Part shown: positions 18,855 to 28,010 of the stretch, piece after piece
Position numbering within the stretch: position 1 is the stretch's first letter
Layout of the letters: the number at the start of each line of letters is the position of its first letter
Assembly (NCBI GenBank): GCA_041615815.1
Contig: JBFJCP010000016.1
Span: forward strand, 40,215-104,214
DNA: 64,000 nt
Origin: Gemmatimonadales bacterium
Lineage (GTDB): Bacteria > Gemmatimonadota > Gemmatimonadetes > Gemmatimonadales > GWC2-71-9
Direction: 5' to 3'
Notes under the pieces: generated by a model
Told to the model about the DNA's origin: nothing
Databases searched by the model: none
Seen by the model: only the letters and a program-made list of their open reading frames with translations
Position numbers and translations under genes: made by a program

Positions 18855-19335
18855 CTACGGGGGCGTCTGCCCGCGTCGTTTGGTCAGCAGTCGTTCGGCA
18901 AAGTCGACGCGCTCTTCGAGATCGGCCACCTGCTCGGCCTGCATCCGTACCAATTCGGCCATCTGCTCCCGATGGCGTTGCTCCATCGACGCCACACGCT
19001 CCTCGAGGCGCGGGGTGTCGAGACCTTTGCCGAGTCGGGCCGCGCGCGCGGTACCACACCGGGATCGAGGAAGCGGCGACGAGGATGCCCCCTATCACCG
19101 CCGCTGTGGACGCATCCTGAGGGGTCCCATCCACCCCAAACCCGATGAGCATGACACCCACCAGCGACCTGGCGGCGACCTGAGCGGCGAGCTTGGCCCG
19201 TTCACGCCACATGCGGCGTTGGCTCGTGTCGTCCGGCGCTGCGGATCCGGTCGCCACGGGATAGGCGCAGGCCGGACACGCCGCCGCGCTGCTCGAGACC
19301 TCGCGGCCGCATTCCGGACATTCGATCAGAGCCAT
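18855..19335 (-). pseudogene. Zinc-ribbon + 2TM + coiled-coil protein, frameshifted in a (CG)5 tract
   Basis: MALIECPECGREVSSSAAACPACAYP, two TM helices, then in another frame ARLGKGLD...LEERVDFAERLLTK*; break at 19041-19050. Confidence 0.75.
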
Positions 19336-19519
19336 CTGTGCCTCCGGATGCGGGGCTCCCTGGGGCTTGGCCTCTGTACGGTCATTGGGGCACTCGAGTT
19401 TCCGAGTTCGCGATGACACGTAGGGCGTGGCCCAGCAGGCCGGGGGCGGACTCGCAACTCGGCCTGGTCTTCAACCACCCAGCGTGTTTGCTGGCTCCAC
19501 CGAAAACGGGATGACGGCG

Positions 19520-20080
19520 TCACGGCGACCGACGCGGGTCTGCATCGGTCTCGAAGGTCAGGCTCCGGACGATCGTTTGCTTCCACTCCTCCATCTGGTC
19601 TCGATGCCTCACGTGTCCGCGGTAGGCGACGACGGCGACGGTGGGGCGATCATGATCGAAGACCATCGCGGCGCACTGCGCCACGCTCTCGTCGGGCATG
19701 CACGTGAAGCCCCGCACGGTATGCCAATATCCCTGTGGCGTGGAACCATCCTCGTCCACATAGACGTGCACGTCACCCCCGGTGTTCAGCGCGGAATCGG
19801 CGGCGAGGGCGCTCAAGAACAGGTTGCCAACGGTGCGCGCCGCGTCTCGTGTCAGTCCGCCCCCCGTGGGAGGATGGAACGCAATCTTGGTGGGTGTGGC
19901 GATTTGCACCACCTCCATCAGAGGTCCCACCATGATGTTCAGCTCCATCAGGTATGCCGGGTTACGCAACCTGACGACCTGCACAGCCCCGAACGTGTCC
20001 ACGCGCGCATCGAGATCGGGGGGCCGCGAGAACACGACGCCGGCGGCGTTGAAGAGTTCCGGATGCTCCAAGGGTTCCAT
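19520..20080 (-). CDS. Hypothetical protein downstream of tRNA-Leu
   Basis: 186-aa ORF with globular composition; no recognised motif. Confidence 0.5.
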   Translation of the reverse strand: MEPLEHPELFNAAGVVFSRPPDLDARVDTFGAVQVVRLRNPAYLMELNIMVGPLMEVVQIATPTKIAFHPPTGGGLTRDAARTVGNLFLSALAADSALNTGGDVHVYVDEDGSTPQGYWHTVRGFTCMPDESVAQCAAMVFDHDRPTVAVVAYRGHVRHRDQMEEWKQTIVRSLTFETDADPRRSP

Positions 20081-20301
20081 GGGTCAGTGAGAAGCGGCGT
20101 GTAATGGGTAGGAGTAAGAGACAGCGAGAGGTACGAAGCCGGAAGGGGTACGGAGAATAGGAGCACCGATCCGTGGCCGGCGTATGTATGGTGAGCAGAT
20201 CGCTCGGAAGGAGGGCTGATCGACGATGGTAACCAATGCCGAGCGCACGTGCCCGGCGTTCACCGCGTTTTGGGGACGCGGCGTAGGTTGCGGGTCGTTC
20301 A

Positions 20302-20387
20302 TGCCCGGGGCGGGATTCGAACCCGCACGGGGACTAAGCCCCAAGGGATTTTAAGTCCCTTGCGTCTGCCCATTTCGCCACCCGGGC
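20302..20387 (-). tRNA. tRNA-Leu (anticodon TAA); CCA not encoded
   Basis: GCCCGGG acceptor stem, TGGCGAAATGGGCAGACGC D-arm, AGGGA-CTTAAAA-TCCCT anticodon arm, long variable arm, GGTTCGAATCC. Confidence 0.95.
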
Positions 20388-20537
20388 CACAGCGTTCTCC
20401 TGTATCAAACTTACCTGCCTTCCACGCCGGTTGCGAAAGTCCATTGCCCCTCGTGATGCCGGGCCAACGAACGCCCTGACCGAGTTGCGCCTACCTCGCG
20501 GAGGCGTAGGTTCGAACGGAGGTCACTCCTCGACGTC

Positions 20538-21197
20538 ATGGCCATATCTCATCAGCAAGTCCTCGGCGTCTTCCCGCTTGGCGCTGCACTCCTCCTTGCA
20601 GGGTGTTCCAAGGCGACGGTCAGCCGATATCAGCCCGGCCCGTTAGCAGAGCCGGTACCCCAGATATTCGTGGTGCTTCCTGTCTTCTTCGAGCTTCCAT
20701 CCGGCGCCAACAGCTGGGATTCCCGCCAAACGAGCTTCACCGTCGAGGAAACCGCCGAGCTCGACGAAGCAGAGGCCCGCATCGTGGAGCGGTTGTCCCC
20801 CGCACTGCCGCAGACAGCCGTGATCTCCCCGCGTTCCTCTGAAACGCTCTTGTGGGAGGCGGCAGGCGACTCCATGACGCCCACGGCTACTGGTTTTCCG
20901 AAACTCGCGATGCAACTCGCCAATGAGTTTCACGCGGACGGCGTGGTCGTCTGCTCGGTGTCCGGCTTGGAATTCGTCGAAGGAGAGAAAGGGTTTTGGC
21001 AGACCGACATTCCCGAGACTACGGGCCGAGTGGAGCTTTCACTGTATCAACCAAACGGCCGCGTGGCGTGGACACTGGTAGCAGATACCAAGAAGATCTT
21101 CACCCTGGGACGGACACCCAAGTTCGTGGACTTCGTCGACTTCGCCATCAAGGAAATGGTGCCGGAGATTGAGCGGATATATCAGGCGCCCAACTAG
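20538..21197 (+). CDS. Hypothetical lipoprotein
   Basis: GGAGG RBS; LLLAGC lipobox; LANEFHADGVVV alpha/beta pattern. Confidence 0.7.
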   Translation: MAISHQQVLGVFPLGAALLLAGCSKATVSRYQPGPLAEPVPQIFVVLPVFFELPSGANSWDSRQTSFTVEETAELDEAEARIVERLSPALPQTAVISPRSSETLLWEAAGDSMTPTATGFPKLAMQLANEFHADGVVVCSVSGLEFVEGEKGFWQTDIPETTGRVELSLYQPNGRVAWTLVADTKKIFTLGRTPKFVDFVDFAIKEMVPEIERIYQAPN

Positions 21198-21269
21198 GCG
21201 CTGACCGCCACCCGAGATCCCTGCGCGGGAGGTCCTCCGCCCACGTTGACCGCCACGCCCCCCGCACCC

Positions 21270-21881
21270 TCAATCACTCCGCTCGCTCGGCGACACCCAA
21301 TCCCGCGGCAATTCCCCCTTCCCCTCTGCCTTCGCAACGATGTCGGCAACACTCTGCACAATACGATCATCGAACTCCCGACCGCGTTGGCGAGCCTCGA
21401 CGCGCAACGCGCGCACGAACGGCCGCATCGATCGAGCCTTCCCGAGCCCTTGAACCGCGGTCATCAGAGCCTGCAGCTGGCGCTCCACCGCCTCGAGCTT
21501 CGGGACCGGTGCAACCACCCGCCCGTCGCGTACGGTCTCCGCGTCGCCCCACGCCCGAAGCAGCTCACGTGCGGACGCCACGATCTCGCCAAATGCCGAC
21601 ACCTCGAGGTAGGACTGCCACTCGCCGAGCCAGGCTGCAGCGCCTGCACTGGCCTCCCAATCTCGTTGGTGGGATTCGTCCAACTGCGCCACGCGCTCGA
21701 TCTCGGACCTGGGGATCCGCCATTCCCGACCGACTTTATCGCCTTTCAAATGGGGCGGCTCGGCAGCAAGCCAGTTCAGCACTGTATTGCGGTGCACACC
21801 CAGGAGCTCGGCTGCTTGCTGTGCGTTCAACGTGGACTGCTGGGCATGGCCAGCGCCATGCACTATACTATGCTTATTCAT
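21270..21881 (-). CDS. Excisionase-type (HTH_17/MerR-like) DNA-binding protein with helical C-terminal extension; start uncertain
   Basis: LNAQQAAELLGVHRNTVLNWL...LKGDKVGREWRIPRSEIER. Confidence 0.8.
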   Translation of the reverse strand: MNKHSIVHGAGHAQQSTLNAQQAAELLGVHRNTVLNWLAAEPPHLKGDKVGREWRIPRSEIERVAQLDESHQRDWEASAGAAAWLGEWQSYLEVSAFGEIVASARELLRAWGDAETVRDGRVVAPVPKLEAVERQLQALMTAVQGLGKARSMRPFVRALRVEARQRGREFDDRIVQSVADIVAKAEGKGELPRDWVSPSERSD

Positions 21882-21951
21882 ACGCACAGGATATGCATTT
21901 TGTTGTAACATGGCAAGGAGGAAACACTTACTGCCATGTTCCCTTCCCAGC

Positions 21952-22510
21952 CTAGATGGCGACCGCCGCGCTGGGCGGCGCGGCGGCCCGGAGCACTCCC
22001 GCTGATCCCACCACACCGGCGCTTCTCAGCAACACACTCAACGTCTCGAACGACGCCCGATGTGGCGACGAGCGGCGCCAGGCGAGAGCAACCGTGCGGG
22101 ACGGCTCGGGCCGTACAAACGGGGGCACCGCGAGGTGGCTCCCGTCCAGGCGGCGACCACCGGTCGCCATGAGCGGAAGCAGCGTCAGCCCTACGCCGTG
22201 CTCGACCATCTGGATCAATGTGCCCAGGCTGGTCGCTCGGAAGTCTCCCAACTCGCAGGCACCGGCCGCGTCGCAAATGACCGACGTCTGCTCCCGGAGG
22301 CAATGCCCGTCTGCGAGCAGGAGCACCTCGGCGCCGTGAAGATCGGCAGCTCGGAGACGCTTCCGGCGAGCGAGCGGATGGTCGGGCGGCATGGCGACGA
22401 CGAAAGGATCCTTGAACAGCCCGGTGGTCTCGAGATCGCCAAGCTCCGACTCCAGGGCAACGAGGGCGAGATCGACCTCGCCTTCCCCTACCAGCTCCAC
22501 GCGCCGCTGG
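21952..22510 (-). pseudogene. oxyR: 5'-truncated OxyR-type LysR regulator (effector domain only)
   Basis: LLLADGHCLREQTSVIC (redox Cys pair 9 apart), FRATSLGTLIQMV, GLTLLP; no HTH upstream before the divergent MFS gene. Confidence 0.75.
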
Positions 22511-22624
22511 TGGCCTCGGCTATAGCTCGCGGCGGTGATAGTTTTTCTCCGCATCGGCTTCGCCCCGATTCCAGTCCCATCACAAGGCGCTGCGCATTAC
22601 GACCAATCCCGGTCCACGTCGTAG

Positions 22625-23884
22625 ATGACGAAACTCATCGTCCTCTTCGTCACGGCGTTCGTGGACATGGTGGGGCTCGCCATTGTGCTGCCCCTCCTGC
22701 CCTACTACGCCACGGATTTCGGGGCCAGCGCCGCGATCGTCGGCCTCCTGGTATCCGCATTCTCCGTGGCGCAACTGGCGTGCGCTCCCTACTGGGGTCG
22801 GTTCTCTGACCGGTATGGTCGTCGGCCGGCCATCCTCACCGGGCTCCTCATTACGGCCGTGGCGTATGTGGTTTTCGCCTTCGCCGATTCGGTGCTGCTG
22901 TTGTTGCTCTCGCGGGTCGTGCAGGGGCTGGGTGGCGGCACGATAGGCGTCGTCCAGGCGTACGTGGCGGATGCAAGCCCGGCACACGAGCGTACCAAGA
23001 GTCTGGGCTGGCTCTCGGCGGTCACGAGCCTGGGCGCCGTCGTGGGACCGGCCTTGGGGTCTCTCACGGTCTCTCTGGGCGGACAAGCGGCCCCCGGCCT
23101 CACCGCCGCCGCCCTCGCAGGACTCGTCGCCGTATTCGCATGGGAATTCCTGGGAGAATCACCCAAAGACGCCGACGGCACGGAACACGACGGGGCGCCG
23201 GCAGCGTCCGAGCTCGAGGCCTTCGGCACGGTCGTGCGCCAGTGGAGAGAACCCGCCCCGCGGCTCATATGGATCTACGCCATCGCGATCGGCGCGTTCT
23301 ACGGCACGGTCCCCGTCATGCCCATCCTGCTGGAGGCGCGTCTCGGGATCACCGAACATACGGTGGGCTACGTGATCATGTATCTGGGCGGAATGGGCGT
23401 GCTGGTGCGCGCGCTCGTCCTTGGCAAGATGGTGGATCGGCTTCGCGAAGCGCGATTGTCTCGCCTGGGTATTCTGCTGCTCGCCGTGGGACTCGCGCTC
23501 ATGACGGTGACTCGCTCCTACCTCGTGCTGGCAGTCTCTCTCACCCTCATGCCCCTCGGCACGGCCTTCCTCTTTCCCTGCATCACCGGCCTTCTGTCTC
23601 GCGTGGTCTCGAGCCGTGAGCGAGGCCTCTACATGGGGATGCAGCACACCTTCGGTGGCATCTCCCGTGTCGCCTTCCCGATGGGGGCCGGCTTGGCCAT
23701 GGATCACCTCGGGCTTGGCATTCCCTTCCTGATCGCCGGCGGGCTCGTCCTGGCGACCCTTCCGCTGACGAGCACGTTGTCCGATTACCTGGGAGACCCG
23801 TATCAGCCGCCACCACCGGCCGAGCGACTCAGTGCGGCCGATGTGACGGCGGAGTTGCCCATCGACCCCGACGACTGGTCGTAG
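22625..23884 (+). CDS. MFS transporter (DHA1/TetA-like)
   Basis: DMVGLAIVLPLLP; motif A GRFSDRYGRRP; about 12 TM helices. Confidence 0.92.
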   Translation: MTKLIVLFVTAFVDMVGLAIVLPLLPYYATDFGASAAIVGLLVSAFSVAQLACAPYWGRFSDRYGRRPAILTGLLITAVAYVVFAFADSVLLLLLSRVVQGLGGGTIGVVQAYVADASPAHERTKSLGWLSAVTSLGAVVGPALGSLTVSLGGQAAPGLTAAALAGLVAVFAWEFLGESPKDADGTEHDGAPAASELEAFGTVVRQWREPAPRLIWIYAIAIGAFYGTVPVMPILLEARLGITEHTVGYVIMYLGGMGVLVRALVLGKMVDRLREARLSRLGILLLAVGLALMTVTRSYLVLAVSLTLMPLGTAFLFPCITGLLSRVVSSRERGLYMGMQHTFGGISRVAFPMGAGLAMDHLGLGIPFLIAGGLVLATLPLTSTLSDYLGDPYQPPPPAERLSAADVTAELPIDPDDWS

Positions 23885-23979
23885 AGGGTTTGGCCCGAGT
23901 TGTGCTAGATTGCGCGCACGTCTCCCGCAGATGCGGTCTTCATAGAACCGACACACGAGCCGAGATCCAGTACGCCGTC

Positions 23980-24534
23980 ATGTTTGACAACATCCGTCAG
24001 GATCTTCAGCGCGCGCGCCGCGTCAACAGCCACAGCCTCTGGAACGAGCTGACCAATCCCGGTACCCAAGCGGTGATGGTGTATCGCTTTGGACACTGGG
24101 CCACCAAGCTCCGGATCCCGGTGATCCGCCACATCCTCATCCTGATGTACATCCCATTAGCCTGGTTCATCCGAGGCTTCGCGGGCGTCAACATCCCCAC
24201 CCAGGCGGAGATAGGGCCGGGACTGTGCATTCACACTTGGTCCGGGGTATTTCTCCCGCCCGGCAAGATCGGCAGCAACTGCCTCGTGCAGCACGGCGTC
24301 GTGATCAACTGGGGCGTCAAAGAGATTGGCGACCGCGTCCGGTTTGGCCCAGGCGCCAAGGTCATCAAACCGGTCCGGATTGGCCATGGCGCCTACATCG
24401 GAGCCAATGCCGTGGTGATGGACGACGTCCCGGACAACGCCGTGATGGTGGGGATCCCTGCCCGGGTGGTGAAGATTCGGGGCCAGCGCATGGACAGCGA
24501 TGCCCTGGAGGAGAACGAGGCGGCAGCAAGTTAG
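23980..24534 (+). CDS. Serine acetyltransferase-like hexapeptide-repeat acyltransferase
   Basis: AEIGPGLCIH, IGANAVVMDDVPDNAVMVGIPARVV. Confidence 0.85.
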   Translation: MFDNIRQDLQRARRVNSHSLWNELTNPGTQAVMVYRFGHWATKLRIPVIRHILILMYIPLAWFIRGFAGVNIPTQAEIGPGLCIHTWSGVFLPPGKIGSNCLVQHGVVINWGVKEIGDRVRFGPGAKVIKPVRIGHGAYIGANAVVMDDVPDNAVMVGIPARVVKIRGQRMDSDALEENEAAAS

Positions 24535-24746
24535 GGGCGGGGAGGCTGCACTCTCACATCCCTCCGTCCACCTCTTCCCCCTGCCCTCCGGCAATCGATG
24601 ATCCCGGTTTGGCCGCGCCCGCGCCTTCTAGGAATGAGGCAACACAGACCCTAGGAGAACCTGGATGCTCCGCATCCCCACGCGGGAGCGGGCGTGATTG
24701 AGTGAGGAGGGCCACTAGGGAGCAAAGCACTGAGGCCTCCCGCTGC

Positions 24747-26069
24747 TTATTTGATGAGGAGCATCCTCTGCACCACCGGATACAGCCATTCCACGCCACG
24801 CTCGGTGACCACGGCATCGTCTTCGATGGGGATTCGCACCTTGGCACCGTCCCATTCGGGGGCCTTGGTATAGGCAAAGAATTCAATGGAGAAGAGGTTG
24901 CTGGGTTTGATCTCGTAGGTCATGCGGACTGGATTGAAAAAGGCGATCGAGGGCCCGACCCCGTGCCCAAGATTCCCCACGGAGTGGGAGCCCACGACCA
25001 CGTCGGTCCGGTCGAGATCCGTGGGCCGGTTGAACTCGATGACGCCAAAGCCCCGCTGATCGAGAGCCCGGTTGATCAAGTGCCACGTTTCCCCGGCCGT
25101 GCGGCCCGGCTTGATCGTCGCCTTGACGACGTCCCGGACGGCAAGGGCCTGCCGAAAGGCGTGTTGCAGCCCCGGCGGGGCGGCGGTCTCGCCGTCGCGC
25201 AGCACGTAGGCGATGCGCTTGACGTCCGTGCACAAGTTCAAGTAACACACCCCCCAATCGATCATCAGCAGGTCTCCTCGCTGGATGATCCGATCCGAGG
25301 AGACGGCTTCGATCCCCGACGGTCCGGTGATGTAGACCGATGGCATGTCGAACGACGATCCCAGACCCCGCACCAGCAGCTGATCCCACATCCACCACGC
25401 GACATCCTCCAGCGTCGTGACCCCCGGCGTGACGACCTCGTTGGAGAACGCGCGTTCGGCAATGGTCCGGGACATCTCGCCGGCCTCACCGAACGCCACG
25501 AGTTCAGACGCCACACGCCGCGAGCGAAAATCCGAAATGAGCTCTTCTGCGGATACCACTCGCACCGCGTAGGTTGCACCCAACGCTTCGACGAGCGCCT
25601 CGTAACTCGTGTGCGAGAGCCCGTCCGCGGCTCCGATGGCCTGGGACATGTTTACCCCGATTCGCGCCGGATCCCTCACGGCCACGAACGCGCGAAGATC
25701 GAACGCGCCCCCGATCACGGTGTCATAGACACCACACCCCTCGAGCATCCGACCGCCCACTCCAGCAGCCACCCGCTCGATCCGCTCACCGCCCCGATCT
25801 GTGAAGATGTAGTAGGCCGTCCCACCCACGTATCCTCGTCCCAAATCCTCCCACAGCGGGTCCAACAGGCCTTCCTTCATCACGGTGATCCACATATCGA
25901 TTCCGTTTTCCCGCATGGCCTCAGGCAGGACGAGGTCGAACTTGTCCGCTCGAATCTGACACAGTCGTTCCCAGCGACGACGCGATTCCTGGGCCGTCGC
26001 GGGCTCGAGGGCGATGACGCCTGACAGCGTCATGAAGATCACGATCGACCAAACCCAGCGAGCCATCAC
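24747..26069 (-). CDS. Secreted M24 family (Xaa-Pro) metallopeptidase
   Basis: Signal peptide; IDWG...TDVKR, HSVG...HGVGP, SIE, IEDD metal ligands. Confidence 0.88.
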   Translation of the reverse strand: MMARWVWSIVIFMTLSGVIALEPATAQESRRRWERLCQIRADKFDLVLPEAMRENGIDMWITVMKEGLLDPLWEDLGRGYVGGTAYYIFTDRGGERIERVAAGVGGRMLEGCGVYDTVIGGAFDLRAFVAVRDPARIGVNMSQAIGAADGLSHTSYEALVEALGATYAVRVVSAEELISDFRSRRVASELVAFGEAGEMSRTIAERAFSNEVVTPGVTTLEDVAWWMWDQLLVRGLGSSFDMPSVYITGPSGIEAVSSDRIIQRGDLLMIDWGVCYLNLCTDVKRIAYVLRDGETAAPPGLQHAFRQALAVRDVVKATIKPGRTAGETWHLINRALDQRGFGVIEFNRPTDLDRTDVVVGSHSVGNLGHGVGPSIAFFNPVRMTYEIKPSNLFSIEFFAYTKAPEWDGAKVRIPIEDDAVVTERGVEWLYPVVQRMLLIK

Positions 26070-26268
26070 GGTCCTCCCCTCCTGAGGGAATCTCGGCGCG
26101 AGCCTGCAGCCAGCGGTGTCACAATCTACGACAGCGCTGTCCCGCGCGCCTTCCGGCTCCCCCTACCTCGGCACTCGTCGCCATTCCCTTTGGCGTGGGG
26201 CCCACGAGATGCTAATTTCCCGCCAGCAGGACGAGCGTCACTTCGGCAAAGACGAGAGGCGAAGCTTC

Positions 26269-26649
26269 GTGAGCGTCATCGAGAGCTTCAACGAGGTCGT
26301 GGAAATCGCACGATCCCTGGGCCATGCGGAGTTGAAGCGTGCTCTCCGAGCGGTTCGCGAGGAGCTCAAGGTCCTTCTAGACGAGATGAAGGAACTGCGC
26401 GAACAAAATCGCGAGCTCCTGACCCGTCTCGAAGCGGAGGGAAAGACGATCGCTCCCAAACGGAGCGTGAAGTTCGAACATGGCACATACTGGCAAGTGG
26501 ACGACGCCGGCATCATGCGCGGCCCTATGTGCGCGAAGTGCTGGGAATCACGCCAGGAGCTGCACCGCTGCATGAAACAGATGCAGTATTTCTTTATGTG
26601 TTCCAAGTGCGGTGCCGTGGCACGGCTCCCCGGCGTCAAGCCGGCCTGA
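26269..26649 (+). CDS. Coiled-coil + zinc-ribbon hypothetical protein
   Basis: Heptad helix followed by GPMCAKCWE...FMCSKCG; GTG start after GAGAGG. Confidence 0.7.
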   Translation: MSVIESFNEVVEIARSLGHAELKRALRAVREELKVLLDEMKELREQNRELLTRLEAEGKTIAPKRSVKFEHGTYWQVDDAGIMRGPMCAKCWESRQELHRCMKQMQYFFMCSKCGAVARLPGVKPA

Positions 26650-26653
26650 GTCC

Positions 26654-27073
26654 GTGGCCGCTCGCCCGTTCACGCCGGCGTGGGCTGTCAACCTCCGCGA
26701 TGCCATCAACGCCAGCGATGAATACCGAGAGGCCGGACGCACCTGGGCGTGGCCCCTGGCCCTGGTGCTGGATCCCCACCCGAACCTGGATTATCCCGAT
26801 GCCGTTGCGGTGGTCCTCGACCTCAAAGACGGGATCTGTCACCGCGTAACGTGCGAGCCGGCCGTCTCCGTGGACGCCCCATTCACGGTCCGGGGCGAGT
26901 ACGAGGTCTGGAAACGCGTCATGCTCGGTCAGCTCGACCCCATCGCCGCCATCGTACAAGGCAAGTTGCGTCTCACCGGCTCGCTCGGCACCGTGGTGCG
27001 ACATGTTGGCGCCGCCCAAGCGCTCGTCGAGTGCGCAACGCGAGTTCCCACCGAGTTCCCAGACGAGCGGTAG
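26654..27073 (+). CDS. SCP2 sterol/lipid carrier domain protein
   Basis: FTPAW...INAS..Y...W, LDLKDGIC, W..VM.GQLDPIAAIVQGKLRLTG. Confidence 0.85.
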   Translation: MAARPFTPAWAVNLRDAINASDEYREAGRTWAWPLALVLDPHPNLDYPDAVAVVLDLKDGICHRVTCEPAVSVDAPFTVRGEYEVWKRVMLGQLDPIAAIVQGKLRLTGSLGTVVRHVGAAQALVECATRVPTEFPDER

Positions 27074-27090
27074 CCAGCCACACACCCACT

Positions 27091-27106
27091 TGTGACAAAC
27101 ATCACA
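27091..27106. promoter_or_regulatory. CRP/FNR-family (or Rex-like) box
   Basis: TGTGA-CAAACA-TCACA, exact consensus. Confidence 0.65.
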
Positions 27107-27202
27107 GCTCGCGTTTGGACCTCGTATTTGTGGTCCGAACGTTGGGCGACTGCACCGTTCTCATGCATGGTCTCTGGGCAATTCGCCACACGCATGCAAC
27201 AA

Positions 27203-27218
27203 TGTGACAGCTGTCACA
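27203..27218. promoter_or_regulatory. CRP/FNR-family (or Rex-like) box
   Basis: TGTGA-CAGCTG-TCACA, perfect 16-bp palindrome. Confidence 0.7.
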
Positions 27219-27330
27219 AAGCGTCTAAGCTGAAAGGGTTTCGCGACTTTCGCGTCCGCGTCGTCCACCGTTTCGGGGCACCCGTCTTGCAACGTCGCAG
27301 CGGCACACGCACCACACGGGGAGCAACCAC

Positions 27331-28005
27331 ATGTTGAAGGTCACAAACCACCCCCAATGGGTCGAGACGCTCGATGCTGCACTCGAGCCGTTGCAGGCGG
27401 AGATCCTCGACTTGCCGGTCGTCGTTCGCGCATCCGACAACACGCTCGAAGAAGCGATGATTCGGAATTTCTGTGTTGAATTCTATCCGATCATCCGCGA
27501 CTTCCCCTACTGGCTAGAGGTTCTGATGAAGCGGTCACCCACGGAAGGTCATGCCTTCTTCCGTGACAATATTCGGGTGGAGCGACGCCATGGCGCGATG
27601 TGGCGTGCTATGGGCGATGGGTTTGGTGTCCCCTCGGAGTGTTTCGAGGGCTACATCCCATCCAACCCGGCGGTGAACACGTTTCACAACTTCCTGACGG
27701 ACATCGGGGCCAACGGTCCGTTTGCGACGGCCGTGGCGGCCACCAACTACGCCGTCGAGGGAGTGGCGCAAAAGATCGCCACCAAGGCCCTGCAGGGCCT
27801 CCAGTACAACGAACGGCTTGGCAAGCGCGGTCGTTGGTGGCTCGAGGAACACGCCAAGTACGACGACGAGCACCCCATTCTGGCAATGGAGCTCATCAAG
27901 TCGTGCATCGACGAACACGATGCGGAGATTTCCAATCTCCACGATGCTTCCATGCGAAGCCTCGAGTTTTTGCACGACGCGATGAAAGAGAGCTACCACG
28001 CGTAG
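27331..28005 (+). CDS. undA: Heme-oxygenase-like diiron oxidase (TenA/PqqC fold), UndA-like fatty acid decarboxylase
   Basis: NIRVERRH (E84/H87), AATNYAVEG (E143), WLEEHAKYDDEHP (H174/D178/H181) match my recollection of Pseudomonas UndA motifs NIRVELNH, AATNYAIEG, WLKMHAQYDDAHP. Confidence 0.75.
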   Translation: MLKVTNHPQWVETLDAALEPLQAEILDLPVVVRASDNTLEEAMIRNFCVEFYPIIRDFPYWLEVLMKRSPTEGHAFFRDNIRVERRHGAMWRAMGDGFGVPSECFEGYIPSNPAVNTFHNFLTDIGANGPFATAVAATNYAVEGVAQKIATKALQGLQYNERLGKRGRWWLEEHAKYDDEHPILAMELIKSCIDEHDAEISNLHDASMRSLEFLHDAMKESYHA

Positions 28006-28010
28006 CCCAC

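Noticed and set aside
20081..20344. In-frame TGA upstream of ORF 19520-20080 as possible selenocysteine read-through
   Set aside because: The upstream frame begins inside the tRNA, is not protein-like, and no SECIS or Cys-homolog context was recognised
26230..26268. c-di-GMP-I riboswitch (GGCAAA...)
   Set aside because: Lacks the GAAA-tetraloop stem and the GACGCAAAGCC element
27600..28010. N-terminal extension of the hybrid kinase overlapping the UndA-like gene
   Set aside because: Low-complexity Arg/Gly-rich alternate frame; the ATG at 28011 fits the domain start
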